A DNA stretch of 64,000 nucleotides from Bacillota bacterium (GTDB taxonomy: Bacteria > Bacillota_I > Bacilli_A > RF39 > UBA660): positions 5,615-69,614 of the forward strand of contig JAEYYH010000006.1 of NCBI GenBank assembly GCA_023430885.1. The letters run 5' to 3'. Shown in pieces: positions 1-11,017 of this stretch. Every line of letters begins with the position of its first letter. The stretch's first letter is position 1. Position numbers and translations under genes: made by a program. The notes below the pieces were generated by a model. That model ran no database searches. It saw nothing but the letters and a program-made list of their open reading frames with translations, and had not been told where the DNA came from.

Positions 1-70
1 GAACCAACATGTATGATGATTACCATAATAAATGCTATAAATTTTAAATTATCATAATATTTAATTCTTG
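1..70 (-). CDS. Partial hypothetical protein (N-terminus only; the gene runs off the window start)
   Basis: The minus strand has an AGGTGA RBS followed by ATG near position 70. Translation reads MTTRIKYYDNLKFIAFIMVIII... and is still open at position 1. Confidence 0.3.
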
Positions 71-224
71 TTGTCATCATTATCACCTTTTAAAATATAT
101 CATACGAGAAACTGAAAGTAAATAAAAGCCATGTGAACAATATATGAAATTTTGTTTAAAATAAAATACAATGTCAAATAGAATGGCTTGAATCTATCTA
201 GAAAAGAAGTAATTGAACAAAAAA

Positions 225-256
225 AGACATCACTTATTATGATGTCATTTTATTTA
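225..256 (-). terminator. Rho-independent terminator downstream of rpsD
   Basis: The minus strand reads gacatcat-aataa-gtgatgtc followed by a T-run. Confidence 0.5.
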
Positions 257-268
257 AATTATATGCTA

Positions 269-868
269 TTATTTGTTATAGAATTCAACGATTAATGATT
301 CGTTAATATCAGCATTTAATTCACTACGAGATGGAACTCTTACATAAGTACCAGCCATTTTAGCTTCATCAAATGTAATAAACTCAACTCTATTATGTAA
401 TGCTTCTAATGATGCTTTTACTACTGCTAAATCTTTACCATCTTTAATAGCTATTACATCACCAGGTGTACATCTATAAGATGGGATATCAACTTTAGTA
501 CCATTAACAGTAATATGTCCGTGGTTAACTAATTGTCTAGCTCCGTTTCTAGTAGATGCGAATCCAATTCTGTATACTAAATTGTCTAAACGACTTTCTA
601 GTAAACCTAAGAAATCTTCACCATGAACACCCTTCATTTTTCCAGCTGCTTCAAAAGTTTTCTTGAATTGTTTTTCGTTCATTCCATACATAAATCTAAC
701 TTTTTGCTTTTCAGCTAGTTGGATACCGTAGTTAGATTGTTTTTTTCCACGTTTTTGTCCATGTTGTCCAGGGGCAAAAGGTTTTTTAGCTAATTCTTTA
801 CCAGTTTCACTAATTGAAAAACCTAAACGTCTTGCTTTACGAAATGATGGTCCAGTATATCTTGCCAT
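269..868 (-). CDS. rpsD: 30S ribosomal protein S4
   Basis: 199 aa. The N-terminus MARYTGPSFRKARRLG and the S4 RNA-binding domain are unmistakable. Confidence 0.95.
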   Translation of the reverse strand: MARYTGPSFRKARRLGFSISETGKELAKKPFAPGQHGQKRGKKQSNYGIQLAEKQKVRFMYGMNEKQFKKTFEAAGKMKGVHGEDFLGLLESRLDNLVYRIGFASTRNGARQLVNHGHITVNGTKVDIPSYRCTPGDVIAIKDGKDLAVVKASLEALHNRVEFITFDEAKMAGTYVRVPSRSELNADINESLIVEFYNK

Positions 869-1084
869 AATTTTTCTCCTCCTCTAAATATTCATATAAA
901 TTCAGAAGACTAAATAGTCAAATTATAGGGTGTCTTATTTTAATATTTTCGCTTTGCAGCAAAAGTTACGCAATAAACCCTAAAGGTAATAGACACGTTA
1001 CAATTTTCTATTTAGCGCTGCTAATTCATACGCAATATTGATTATATAGATTTTACCTTTAAAAGTCAAGTGTTTAAATGTTTT

Positions 1085-2014
1085 TTACTTGTTAGTTATG
1101 TATTTTTTTCTTTTTTCTTTTAAATATACGAAACTGCTTTTAGTATTATTTATAGAAGCACTTTTAATAGGTTGAGCAATACTAGATCTAAAGTTTATTT
1201 TTTGAATATATTTAATGATGTATTCTTTTAATTTTTTTAAATCTTCTAAAGTTAAATTATCAATATTTATGTTTGCTTGTATTAAGCTATTTACTAAATG
1301 ACTTGGTAAATAGCGAACTTCAGAAAGTAATTTTTTTGTGTTAGGAACAACAATATCATTACTAGTATAATAAAAATCATTGTTTAACTCGGAATATGTA
1401 TTTTTAAATTCGTCTATTTCAGCACTAACGATATTTCCAACTTTATTAGGATTTTCAAATTTTAAAGCCATTCTTACATCCCCAAGATATGAAAGAGAAC
1501 ATAAAGTTTCAAATAACATTTTTTCATCAATAATTTTATCGCTATTCAAAATTAGTGAAGTTATTAGGGCATTTGTTCTATTTTTTTTAATTGCTTGTTT
1601 TATTTCATAATCACCATCAACTACCATTATAGGTTTTTGAGTACGGCCAGCCATATAAAAATTAGACCAGTTTTCTAGGTCATATAGAAAATCAAATTTA
1701 TCAATAACACCGACTTTAAAATAATTGTCGTCATAAGGAATATTACTAACATAACTTATATCCGTACCTAAATGTAAAATAGGTCTAAGCAAATGCATTG
1801 CCAGTCTATTGTATTCGTTAGGGTTTTCTTTTCTGTTTTGTTTATGCCACGTTAATGAATCATCTACAGTAGCTATAATATCTATTTGCTTTTTAGCATC
1901 ATTTTTATAGCCATTTTGCATCTTAACAGCCGAGCCATAACCAATGATATCAATAACAGGTGGTTTTGTTCTCATAAACTCCTTGATAGTTTGGTTAATG
2001 TCTTTTTCTTGCAT
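1085..2014 (-). CDS. Mmp37/Tam41-like nucleotidyltransferase family protein (hypothetical)
   Basis: 309 aa. A DIIGYGSAV...DIIATVDD nucleotidyltransferase-like N-terminus is recalled as similar to the Tam41/Mmp37 family. Confidence 0.45.
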   Translation of the reverse strand: MQEKDINQTIKEFMRTKPPVIDIIGYGSAVKMQNGYKNDAKKQIDIIATVDDSLTWHKQNRKENPNEYNRLAMHLLRPILHLGTDISYVSNIPYDDNYFKVGVIDKFDFLYDLENWSNFYMAGRTQKPIMVVDGDYEIKQAIKKNRTNALITSLILNSDKIIDEKMLFETLCSLSYLGDVRMALKFENPNKVGNIVSAEIDEFKNTYSELNNDFYYTSNDIVVPNTKKLLSEVRYLPSHLVNSLIQANINIDNLTLEDLKKLKEYIIKYIQKINFRSSIAQPIKSASINNTKSSFVYLKEKRKKYITNK

Positions 2015-2152
2015 ACTACACCTCTTAAATAATGATATTCATATTATAGTTTTATATTGTCAATATGTAAAGTATTTTATTGAATAAAATTTGACAAAAA
2101 CTATACAAAAAAGACAAAAAATATGGTATTATTATAATAGCGAGGTGAATAT

Positions 2153-3874
2153 ATGGAAGAAATTACATTATATGGTATTACCCTTACGATAATAACCATG
2201 TTGTTAATTGTTGTGGTTCTATATGCTATTCGAGCTAGTAAGAATAAAGGGTTTAAAAAGAAATTAGAGTATTTGGATATAGAAAAGAACAAGATTTCGG
2301 GTACACCTATAGTGCCTGAACTATCTAAAATAGAGAGTTATACAAGTAACGAAAAATTAAATATTATGTATAATGAGTGGAAAGGTAGATTAGAGGATAT
2401 CAATGAAACTCAAATACCAAAAATAACAGATATGTTATTGGAGGCAGATTATACATTATCTCAAATGGATTATAAATCTACTTTATATAAAATAGCAAAG
2501 TTAGAGATGGAAATTTATAAAGTAAGAACAAATGCAGAATTCTTACTTGATGAAATAAAAGATGTAACTTCTAGTGAAGAACGTAATAGAGCAATAATAA
2601 CAAAACTAAAAACAAGATATAGAGAATTATTTCAAAAGTATAATGATACAAAAGGAGATTATGGCATAATTGCAGAATCTATATCATTACAATTTGAAAA
2701 TATAGCTAAAAGATTTGAAGATTTCGAAAGAATTATGGAAAATAGTCAAATTCAAGAATTAACACAAATAACAACTTCTATTGAAGAAATGTTAGAACAT
2801 ATGACAGTGGTTATTGAAGAAATGCCTACCATTGTTTTAATGGCCCAAGGAGTTATTCCAAAGAAAATAGAAGAATTAAAAAGATATTATGATGCAATGA
2901 GTAGAGCAGGTTTTCCACTTGATTATCTAAATGTTGAATATAATATTGAAGAAGCAAATAAGAAATTAAGCGATATTTTATCTAGAGCTAAAATACTTAA
3001 CATGGAAGATAGTATTTTAGAACTTAAAGTATTAAATGAATATTTTGAAGGTTTATTTAATGATTTTGAAAAAGAAAAAGTTAATCGTAAAATATATGAA
3101 GAAACACTATCTTCTTTTGATCGTAAATTAACAGGTATTAATAAGTTGGTTACTGATATTTTTAAACAACTAAATGATATTAAGAGTGTTTATGATTTAA
3201 ATGATGAAGATATAACTTTATTAAACAAAATAAGAGAAGAATTAAAGAAACTTAATACTGATAATAAAGTATTAGTAGATCATACTGGAAATAGTACTTT
3301 TGCATACTCTAAGTTATGTAAAGAACTTGATGTTTTAGTTGTTAGACTAAGTGCTATTGAAGAAAGTCTTGATTCTACACTTGATACAATTGGCAACATG
3401 AAAGAAGATGAAGTTAGGGCGCATCAACAACTTGAAGAGATAAAAGTTATTCTTAAAAATTCAAAATCGAAAATGCGTGAATATAAACTTCCAGTAGTAC
3501 CAGAATCTTATTATATAGAACTTTCTGAAGCTCAAAGTGCTATTAAAGAAATAATATTAGAACTTGATAAAAAACCAATTTCTATAAGTATATTAAATAC
3601 TAGAGTGGATACAGCTAGGGATTTAGTGCTTAAATTATTTAGCAGAACAAAAGAAATGGTTAAAGTAGCTAAATTTTCAGAGATGGCTATTGTATATGGT
3701 AATAGATATCGTTCTGCTTCTGATGAATTAGATCGTAATCTAGCATACTCAGAGATGATGTTCTTTAGAGGAGAATATCAAAAGTCACTAGAATTATCTA
3801 TTAATTCTTTAAATAGAGTTGAACCAGGAATATATGATAAATTAATTGGTTATTATGGAAATGAAAAGAACTAA
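2153..3874 (+). CDS. ezrA: Septation ring formation regulator EzrA
   Basis: 573 aa with a single N-terminal TM helix followed by long coiled-coil repeats. It sits between rpsD and thiI as in Bacillus. Confidence 0.8.
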   Translation: MEEITLYGITLTIITMLLIVVVLYAIRASKNKGFKKKLEYLDIEKNKISGTPIVPELSKIESYTSNEKLNIMYNEWKGRLEDINETQIPKITDMLLEADYTLSQMDYKSTLYKIAKLEMEIYKVRTNAEFLLDEIKDVTSSEERNRAIITKLKTRYRELFQKYNDTKGDYGIIAESISLQFENIAKRFEDFERIMENSQIQELTQITTSIEEMLEHMTVVIEEMPTIVLMAQGVIPKKIEELKRYYDAMSRAGFPLDYLNVEYNIEEANKKLSDILSRAKILNMEDSILELKVLNEYFEGLFNDFEKEKVNRKIYEETLSSFDRKLTGINKLVTDIFKQLNDIKSVYDLNDEDITLLNKIREELKKLNTDNKVLVDHTGNSTFAYSKLCKELDVLVVRLSAIEESLDSTLDTIGNMKEDEVRAHQQLEEIKVILKNSKSKMREYKLPVVPESYYIELSEAQSAIKEIILELDKKPISISILNTRVDTARDLVLKLFSRTKEMVKVAKFSEMAIVYGNRYRSASDELDRNLAYSEMMFFRGEYQKSLELSINSLNRVEPGIYDKLIGYYGNEKN

Positions 3875-3903
3875 TCTTTTCATTTTTCATTAGAAGGAGA
3901 ATT

Positions 3904-4953
3904 ATGGAATTACTTGATGTAATAAGTGAAAAAGGTAAAGTAATAGATACTAAAGATAGAAAACAAATATATATGGATGGTAATTTACATCGTACTGTCC
4001 ATATTTGGGTTATTAATTCAAACAAAGAATTATTAGTGCAAAAAAGAAGCCCTAAAAAAGATACTTATCCAGATTTATGGGCTATATCTACAGCTGGTCA
4101 TGTAAAAGCAGGTGAGGCTTCTATTGAAACAGCATTACGTGAATTAAAAGAAGAACTTGGTATTAAAGCTACGGATAAGGATTTAGAATATCTATTTTCA
4201 ATTAGAAGAAAAGAAGATATGGGAGATATTCATATTAATACTATTGATGATGTATATTTAATTGAAGTAGATTTAGATGTAGAAAATACAAAGTTACAAT
4301 TTTCAGAACTTACAGATATTAAATATGTGTACTATGAGTATTTAGAACAGATATTTAAAAATAAAGATCCGCATTATGTTCCAATTTGTGAAGAACATGA
4401 TAAATTATTTAAATATTTACATGATAGATTTGATGATCATGATAGTATAGGTGTTTTATATAAGACAGAATTTGAATATACATATTCAGAAGCTGCCAAA
4501 TTAAACAAACTTTATTATAAAAATAATGTAATTTATAATGCCTTAGTACTTATCCCATTAATATTTATGTTAGGTGATTTATTATTAATTATTTTTGGTG
4601 AAGATTATACACGTGTACCAATGGTTATAATTGAATTTTTGATATATATTGGTTTGATTAAAATATTACCACTATATAACGGGAAAGTTTTATTTAATAG
4701 TTATAAAATCTTAAAAGATGTTATAATTAATTATGTTTTTTATGAAGAGTTTTTTAACATTAAGACAAAACAAATTAATATGAAAATACATTACGGAGAT
4801 TTATATAAGGTATATGAAACTGAAGATAACTATTACTTATTTATATCTGATAAAGATAGTTATATAGTTACTAAAAATAATATTGATAGTAGCTTTAATA
4901 GTTTTATTAAAAATAAAGTTACATGTCCATATCATAAGTATGGTCAAAGATAG
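3904..4953 (+). CDS. NUDIX hydrolase domain protein with a C-terminal membrane region
   Basis: The Nudix box GHVKAGEASIETALRELKEELGI lies near the N-terminus. Hydrophobic helices occur around residues 200-260. Confidence 0.75.
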   Translation: MELLDVISEKGKVIDTKDRKQIYMDGNLHRTVHIWVINSNKELLVQKRSPKKDTYPDLWAISTAGHVKAGEASIETALRELKEELGIKATDKDLEYLFSIRRKEDMGDIHINTIDDVYLIEVDLDVENTKLQFSELTDIKYVYYEYLEQIFKNKDPHYVPICEEHDKLFKYLHDRFDDHDSIGVLYKTEFEYTYSEAAKLNKLYYKNNVIYNALVLIPLIFMLGDLLLIIFGEDYTRVPMVIIEFLIYIGLIKILPLYNGKVLFNSYKILKDVIINYVFYEEFFNIKTKQINMKIHYGDLYKVYETEDNYYLFISDKDSYIVTKNNIDSSFNSFIKNKVTCPYHKYGQR

Positions 4954-5015
4954 ACATAATATTATAGATATTATGTTTTTTCTATGATATAATATCACAA
5001 GTTTGGAGGAAGTAT

Positions 5016-6194
5016 ATGGAAAGACTAATATTAATTAAGTATGGTGAATTAACTACTAAAAAAGAAAATAGAAATATGTTTATAAAATGTTTAGTTAAAA
5101 ATATTAAGAATTTACTTAAAGATTATGATATTACTATTAAATATGATAGAGTTCGTATGTATATTGAATGCGATAATACTTATATAGATGAAGTATCAAA
5201 AAAATTAAGCAAAATATTTGGCATTCATGGTATAGTTATCTGTCATAAAGTGGATAATAATACTGACAATATAAAAGATAAAGTATTAGAAGTTTTGAAA
5301 AATGAAAATTTTAAAACTTTTAAAGTTGAAACTAAAAGAGCTGACAAAACATTTGAAATTAAGTCAATGGATTTCGATAATTTAATAGGCGGTCTAGTTT
5401 TAAGAAATTTTGATTGTAAGGTTGATGTGCATAATCCTGAACTTAGAGTCCATATTGAAATAAGACCAGAAGGAACTTTTATTTATACTAATGAAATAAA
5501 AGGTTCTGGTGGATATCCAGTTGGTGTTCAAGGAAAAGGTATGCTTATGCTTAGTGGTGGTATAGATTCACCAGTAGCAGGATATCTTGCTTTAAAACGT
5601 GGAGTTAATGTTGAGTGTTTATACTTTGAGTCGCCTCCACATACTAGTCCAGAAGCAAAAAATAAAGTTATTAAGCTTGCTAACATAATAAATGGTTATT
5701 CAGGTAATGTAAAAGTTCATGTTGTGCCATTTACAAAGGTTCAAGAAGCCATATATCAAAATTGTCCTTCTGAGTATAATATAACCATTATGCGTAGAAT
5801 GATGTATCGTATAGCTGAGAAATATGCAAAAAAATGCAAGTGCGAAATAATTATAAATGGCGAAAGTGTTGGTCAAGTTGCAAGTCAAACAATAACAAGT
5901 ATGTCAGTTATTAATAGTGTAACAAATATGCCTATTATTAGACCAGTAGCGTGCTTGGATAAATTAGAAATAATAGATATAGCAAAAAAAATAGAAACAT
6001 ATGAAACAAGTATTCTTCCTTTTGAAGATTGCTGTACTATATTTTTACCAAGACATCCAGTTATTAATCCAAGGTTAGATAGATGTTTAACATATGAAAA
6101 AACCTTTGATTATAATACTTTAATAGATGAAGCAATTGATGGCATTGAAGTTATAACAAATTTAAATCCAACTACTTATAATGATTTATTATAA
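5016..6194 (+). CDS. thiI: tRNA 4-thiouridine(8) synthase ThiI
   Basis: 392 aa with THUMP-like N-terminus and the PP-loop SGGIDSPVAGY. Confidence 0.9.
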   Translation: MERLILIKYGELTTKKENRNMFIKCLVKNIKNLLKDYDITIKYDRVRMYIECDNTYIDEVSKKLSKIFGIHGIVICHKVDNNTDNIKDKVLEVLKNENFKTFKVETKRADKTFEIKSMDFDNLIGGLVLRNFDCKVDVHNPELRVHIEIRPEGTFIYTNEIKGSGGYPVGVQGKGMLMLSGGIDSPVAGYLALKRGVNVECLYFESPPHTSPEAKNKVIKLANIINGYSGNVKVHVVPFTKVQEAIYQNCPSEYNITIMRRMMYRIAEKYAKKCKCEIIINGESVGQVASQTITSMSVINSVTNMPIIRPVACLDKLEIIDIAKKIETYETSILPFEDCCTIFLPRHPVINPRLDRCLTYEKTFDYNTLIDEAIDGIEVITNLNPTTYNDLL

Positions 6195-6262
6195 AAAAAT
6201 TGTAAATTTATGTATGAAAAAACCAAATGTACACAAGATATAAATGTACAGGAGGTGAAACA

Positions 6263-6478
6263 ATGAATAATAGTAATAAAAAAGGTAGTTTCGTTGTACC
6301 AGGAGCTAAACAAGCAATTGATAAAATGAAATATGAAATAGCTAGCGAATTAGGAGTTACAATGGGTCCTGATGCATCTAGTAGATCAAATGGTTCTGTT
6401 GGTGGAGAAATCACTAAAAGACTTGTTCAAATGGGTGAACAAAATTTAGGTGGTTCTGCTAACTACCAATCAAAATAA
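6263..6478 (+). CDS. Small acid-soluble spore protein, alpha/beta type
   Basis: Carries the [17 protein letters not shown]...[16 protein letters not shown] signature. Start chosen at MNNSNKK, which is preceded by a GGAGGTGA RBS. Confidence 0.85.
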   Translation: MNNSNKKGSFVVPGAKQAIDKMKYEIASELGVTMGPDASSRSNGSVGGEITKRLVQMGEQNLGGSANYQSK

Positions 6479-6486
6479 TGAAAATG

Positions 6487-6512
6487 GACAGTTATAATCA
6501 CTGTCTTTTTTT
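6487..6512 (+). terminator. Rho-independent terminator
   Basis: gacagt-tataatca-ctgtc followed by T7. Confidence 0.6.
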
Positions 6513-6584
6513 ATAAAAAAACTTACCAATCTTACGTATTGTTTTTTGGTTTATGGAAATAATATTAATAAGGTGGTGAGTTGT

Positions 6585-6764
6585 ATGAATAACAAATTAG
6601 TAACAAGTGGTTCTAAGCAAGTACTTGATAATATGAAGTATGAAATTGCAAGAGAATTAAATGTAAACTTAGGTCCAGACACATCTTCTAGACAAAATGG
6701 TTCAGTTGGTGGGGAAATGACTAAGAGACTAGTTGAACTTGGAAAAAGTCATATGAGCAAATAA
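6585..6764 (+). CDS. Small acid-soluble spore protein, alpha/beta type (second copy)
   Basis: Carries KQVLDNMKYEIARELNV...GSVGGEMTKRLV. Start chosen at MNNKLVT after an AAGGTGG RBS. Confidence 0.85.
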   Translation: MNNKLVTSGSKQVLDNMKYEIARELNVNLGPDTSSRQNGSVGGEMTKRLVELGKSHMSK

Positions 6765-6768
6765 TAAA

Positions 6769-6795
6769 AACAAACTTCGGTTTGTTTTTTTCATA
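6769..6795 (+). terminator. Rho-independent terminator
   Basis: aaacaaac-ttcg-gtttgttt followed by a T-run. Confidence 0.6.
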
Positions 6796-6857
6796 CTTTC
6801 ACATTATTTAAACATATTTTTCGCATAATGTTATTTTATAATTAAATCAGAAAAGAG

Positions 6858-7100
6858 GTGAACCATATAAATATAAAAGTAATTGGCACAGACTGTAGTA
6901 ATGGAATTAAACTGACAAAAATGCTTAAAAGAGCTATTGAAGAAGCAGATGCTAAGTATGAGGTACAAGAATTAAATGATATATCTAGTAAAAAGAAATA
7001 TAACATAAAAAATGTACCAGCATTAGTAATAAATGGCGAGGTGATAAGTCAAGGAAAAGTATTAACTGTTAGAGAAATATATAAAATTTTAGTTAACTAA
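6858..7100 (+). CDS. Small hypothetical protein, possibly thioredoxin-like fold
   Basis: 80-aa ORF with a GTG start that overlaps its RBS. It has a single Cys and no CxxC motif. Both the start and the function are uncertain. Confidence 0.3.
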   Translation: MNHINIKVIGTDCSNGIKLTKMLKRAIEEADAKYEVQELNDISSKKKYNIKNVPALVINGEVISQGKVLTVREIYKILVN

Positions 7101-7295
7101 TTAAATTAATTATGTGGTCATAACCATATTTATAGAAATGGAGAAGTGAGAAGCTAAAGAAGCAAAAAATGCTAGTAATATAAAATCTAATTAATCAATA
7201 AATAAAGGGGTATTAATTGTACCAATATTATAAAATATAATAACTGAATTAATTAAAGATTAAAACTAGCATATTAAAATTTACTTATGATAAAA

Positions 7296-7322
7296 AAGAG
7301 AAATTATGAGTTTCTCTTTTTT
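7296..7322 (-). terminator. Terminator downstream of clpP (palindromic, potentially bidirectional)
   Basis: agagaaa-ttatgag-tttctct flanked by A and T runs. Confidence 0.55.
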
Positions 7323-7323
7323 A

Positions 7324-7890
7324 TTATAATATTTCATCAATAAGACCATATTCTAAAGCTTCTTTAGCGCTTAAAAAATAATCTCTATCGGTATCTCTCT
7401 CTACTATCTTAATGTCTTTTCCAGTATTGTTAGCTAGCATTACATTAATTTTTTCTTTTATCTTAAGTATATGTTCAGCTGCTATTTTTATTTCAGTAGC
7501 TTGACCTTCAGCACCACCAAGTGGCTGATGTATCATTACTTCACTATTAGGCAAACAAAACCTTTTCTTTTTTGTTCCACTAGATAAAAGTAAAGCTGCC
7601 ATAGATGCACACATGCCAACACAAATAGTTTTAACATCGCTTTTAATAAAGTTCATAGTATCATATATAGCCATTCCGGAAGTGACTGATCCACCAGGTG
7701 AATTTATATATATACTAATATCATCGTTACTTAAGGAATCTAGATATAACAATTCGGCTACAATAACATTGGCTCTAACATCATCAATTTCACCACTTAA
7801 TATAATAATTCGATCTTTTAAAAGTCTTGAATATAAATCATACGCTTGTTGCTCATTACTATTTTTTTCTATTACAGTTGGTATAAGCAT
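7324..7890 (-). CDS. clpP: ATP-dependent Clp protease proteolytic subunit
   Basis: 188 aa with the Ser-His-Asp context [11 protein letters not shown]. Strongly conserved. Confidence 0.95.
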   Translation of the reverse strand: MLIPTVIEKNSNEQQAYDLYSRLLKDRIIILSGEIDDVRANVIVAELLYLDSLSNDDISIYINSPGGSVTSGMAIYDTMNFIKSDVKTICVGMCASMAALLLSSGTKKKRFCLPNSEVMIHQPLGGAEGQATEIKIAAEHILKIKEKINVMLANNTGKDIKIVERDTDRDYFLSAKEALEYGLIDEIL

Positions 7891-7979
7891 AAAATCACCT
7901 CTCCTTAATATAATAGTTGTAAACTGTAAATTTATTCACTAAATCGTGTACAAAACATCTATTTTTTGATAAAATTAAT

Positions 7980-9668
7980 ATGAAGAATAAGAGGGATAAC
8001 ATGGAAAAACTTGTAAAAGTAACGTTTAGAGGCAAATCAACAAAAGAATTTCCAGCAGATACAACACTTGCTGAAATAAGCCATTCATTTCAAAAAAATT
8101 ACAATTATCCTATATTAGCAGCTAAAATAGATAATAATGTAGTAAATTTAAATAGAGAAATTGAAAAAAAATGTGATATAGATTTTTTCGACAGATCTAG
8201 TACTGAAGGGAACACAGTTTATACATCAAGTGCTAATTTTATGTTAATAGTAGCAATTCATAGATTATATGGACCTAGTGTTGATGTAAAAATAGAACAT
8301 TCTATTGATAAAGGAGTATACTGTGAACTTAAAAACAAAAAACTTGATAAAATAGTTCTTGCTGAAATAGAAGACGAAATGCACAAACTAGTAGAGGAAA
8401 ATTTATCCTTCACTAGATTATCAGTATCTAGAATAGATGCTATCAAGTATTTCAAAAAAGAAAAAAGAATGGATAAAGTAAATGTTTTAAAATATATAAG
8501 CAATTCTTTTGTAAATTTATACCGTCTAGATGATGTTTATGATTATTTCTTTACTGAAATGGCTAGTAGTACAAAAGATATAGATGATTTTAAATTAACT
8601 TATATTAAGGATAATGGTTTTTCTTTATCATATCCAACAATATATAATCCAGAATGTACACTTGATTATGTTCATCATAAAATGGTTTTTGATAAGTTCT
8701 TGGATTATACTAAATGGGGCGAGAAGATTAATGTTGCTTGCGCAGCTGATTTAAACGATATAGTATCGCGAGGCAAATATGATGAAATAATTCGCTTATC
8801 GGAAGCAAATTTTGAAAATCAATTAGCTAATGTAAGTTATGCTATTAATTCAAATCGTAAAAGAATTAAAGTAGTATTAATGGCTGGTCCATCATCAAGT
8901 GGTAAAACTACAACAGCTAAAAAATTAGCAATCTATTTGCAAACTTATGGTTTAATACCACATAGTATTTCAGTAGATGATTATTTTTTAGATAGAAACG
9001 ATACACCAAGACTTGAAAATGGTGATTATGATTTTGAATCATTGCGATCATTAGATTTAGATTTATTTAATAAACAGCTATCAAAGTTATTGGATGGAGA
9101 TAAAGTTCTTCTTCCACAATACAATTTTGTGCTTGGAAAAAAGGAATTTAAAAATAAATGGTTACAATTGGGAGAAAATGACATAATAATTATAGAAGGT
9201 CTTCATGCACTTAATGATGAACTTACTGTAGCTGTTGAAAGAAAAAATAAATTTAAAATTTATATTAGTCCATTAACTCAACTTAATATTGATGATCATA
9301 ACCGAATTCATACAAGTGATACTAGAAAACTTAGAAGAATTGTTAGAGATAATAAATTTAGAGGGCACATGGCTGCTGATACACTTAATATGTGGAATAA
9401 TATTAGAGCAGGGGAAGAAAAATTTATTTTTCCATTTCAAGATGATGCAGACGCAATAATTAATACAGCACTTGTATATGAATTAGGTATTCTTAAAACA
9501 TATGCTGAACCGTTGTTATTTTCTGTTTCAGAAGATGATCCTGCTTATTCAGAAGCTATAAGATTAATTAATTTTTTAAGAAATTTTTTATCAATACCAA
9601 GTGATGAAATTCCTAGAGATTCAATACTTAGGGAGTTTATTGGTGGAAGTGGATTTAAAGAAGAATAA
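7980..9668 (+). CDS. TGS-domain plus uridine-kinase-family P-loop NTPase
   Basis: The N-terminus is a TGS-like domain. The C-terminus has Walker A GPSSSGKTT and a uridine/PRK kinase-like fold. Confidence 0.6.
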   Translation: MKNKRDNMEKLVKVTFRGKSTKEFPADTTLAEISHSFQKNYNYPILAAKIDNNVVNLNREIEKKCDIDFFDRSSTEGNTVYTSSANFMLIVAIHRLYGPSVDVKIEHSIDKGVYCELKNKKLDKIVLAEIEDEMHKLVEENLSFTRLSVSRIDAIKYFKKEKRMDKVNVLKYISNSFVNLYRLDDVYDYFFTEMASSTKDIDDFKLTYIKDNGFSLSYPTIYNPECTLDYVHHKMVFDKFLDYTKWGEKINVACAADLNDIVSRGKYDEIIRLSEANFENQLANVSYAINSNRKRIKVVLMAGPSSSGKTTTAKKLAIYLQTYGLIPHSISVDDYFLDRNDTPRLENGDYDFESLRSLDLDLFNKQLSKLLDGDKVLLPQYNFVLGKKEFKNKWLQLGENDIIIIEGLHALNDELTVAVERKNKFKIYISPLTQLNIDDHNRIHTSDTRKLRRIVRDNKFRGHMAADTLNMWNNIRAGEEKFIFPFQDDADAIINTALVYELGILKTYAEPLLFSVSEDDPAYSEAIRLINFLRNFLSIPSDEIPRDSILREFIGGSGFKEE

Positions 9669-9728
9669 AAAAACAAATATTAAAAATTAAACAAAGCAAA
9701 TTATTTAAAAGAAAGAGAGTAATTAAAT

Positions 9729-10745
9729 ATGATTAAAGTAGCAATAAATGGTTTTGGTAGAATAGGGAGACTTGCATTTAGACAAATGTTTAAAGCAGAA
9801 GGATATGATATAGTTGCAATTAATGATTTAACTAGTCCTGATATGCTTGCACATTTATTAAAATATGATTCAGCACAAAAGAGATATGAAGGTCATAATG
9901 TTGTAGCAAAAGAGGATTCTATTATTGTAGATGATGAAGAAATTAAAATATATAAAGAATCTGATCCTAATAACTTACCATGGAAAGAGTTAGGCGTTGA
10001 TGTAGTACTTGAATGTACTGGATTCTTCTGCTCTAAAGATAAATCAATGGCTCATATTAATGCCGGAGCTAAATATGTTATTATTTCAGCACCAGCTGGT
10101 GATGATTTACCAACAGTAGTTTATGGGGTTAATGAAGGTATTATTACAGAAAATGATCACGTTATAAGTGCAGCTTCATGTACTACTAACTGTTTAGCAC
10201 CAATGGCTGACGTTTTAAATAAAAATTTTCCTATTGTAAGTGGTATAATGACAACTGTTCATGCTTACACAGGTGATCAAATGGTTCTTGATGGACCACA
10301 CCGTAAAGGTGATTTAAGAAGAGCAAGAGCAGCCGCAGCAAATATCGTTCCAAATTCAACAGGAGCAGCTAAAGCAATAGGTCTTGTTATTCCAGAACTA
10401 AAAGGAAAACTAATCGGTTCTGCACAAAGAGTTCCAGTCATTACAGGTTCAACTACTATTTTAGTAGCGGTTGTAAAAGCTAGTAATTTAACTGTTGATG
10501 TAATTAATGAAACAATGAAAAATGCAGCAACTCCATCATATGGTTATAATGATGAACAAATAGTATCATCAGATGTTATAGGAATAACTGAAGGATCACT
10601 ATTTGATGCTACGCAAACAATGGTAAGTAAAATAAATGATGAAACTTATCACGTTCAAGTAGTAGCTTGGTATGACAATGAAAATAGTTATACAAGTCAA
10701 ATGGTTAGAACTGTTAAATATTTAGGAAATTTAATCAATAAATAA
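9729..10745 (+). CDS. gapA: Glyceraldehyde-3-phosphate dehydrogenase, type I
   Basis: The N-terminus [14 protein letters not shown] and the catalytic SCTTNCLAP motif are present. Confidence 0.95.
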   Translation: MIKVAINGFGRIGRLAFRQMFKAEGYDIVAINDLTSPDMLAHLLKYDSAQKRYEGHNVVAKEDSIIVDDEEIKIYKESDPNNLPWKELGVDVVLECTGFFCSKDKSMAHINAGAKYVIISAPAGDDLPTVVYGVNEGIITENDHVISAASCTTNCLAPMADVLNKNFPIVSGIMTTVHAYTGDQMVLDGPHRKGDLRRARAAAANIVPNSTGAAKAIGLVIPELKGKLIGSAQRVPVITGSTTILVAVVKASNLTVDVINETMKNAATPSYGYNDEQIVSSDVIGITEGSLFDATQTMVSKINDETYHVQVVAWYDNENSYTSQMVRTVKYLGNLINK

Positions 10746-10767
10746 GGACTATAAGTCCTTTTTTTGT
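10745..10767 (+). terminator. Rho-independent terminator after gapA
   Basis: ggact-ataa-gtcc followed by T7. Confidence 0.65.
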
Positions 10768-10790
10768 TAATAATAATAAAGGGTGATAAT

Positions 10791-10952
10791 ATGAAAGAAA
10801 ATAAATCAATAAAATGTGATGTTGAAAGTTGTAAATATTGTAATGTTAAGAAAAATTATTGTGTTCGTTCATCAATAAAGGTAAGTAATTGTGATAAAGA
10901 TGAAGACGGTTTTAAAGAATTTACAATGTGTGACAGTTATAAAGAAAGATAG
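10791..10952 (+). CDS. Small Cys-rich protein (DUF1540-like)
   Basis: 53 aa with a CDVESCKYC...C...C...C pattern. Confidence 0.4.
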   Translation: MKENKSIKCDVESCKYCNVKKNYCVRSSIKVSNCDKDEDGFKEFTMCDSYKER

Positions 10953-11017
10953 AATCTTTCTTTTTATTTACTTATTATTTATAATGATCTATAATTGTTT
11001 TAGAGTAGGTGGATATA

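Noticed and set aside
6195-6262. Sigma-G type forespore promoters upstream of the two SASP genes
   Set aside because: I could not find a convincing GnATA-N18-CATnnTA match by eye, so no promoter is called here.
7100-7323. The roughly 220-bp AT-rich intergenic region examined for a tRNA or small RNA
   Set aside because: Apart from the clpP terminator there is no cloverleaf-compatible sequence or conserved motif.
7891-7979. CtsR operator (GGTCAAA direct repeat) upstream of clpP, and another upstream of clpB
   Set aside because: No GGTCAAA or TTTGACC heptads are present in either upstream region.
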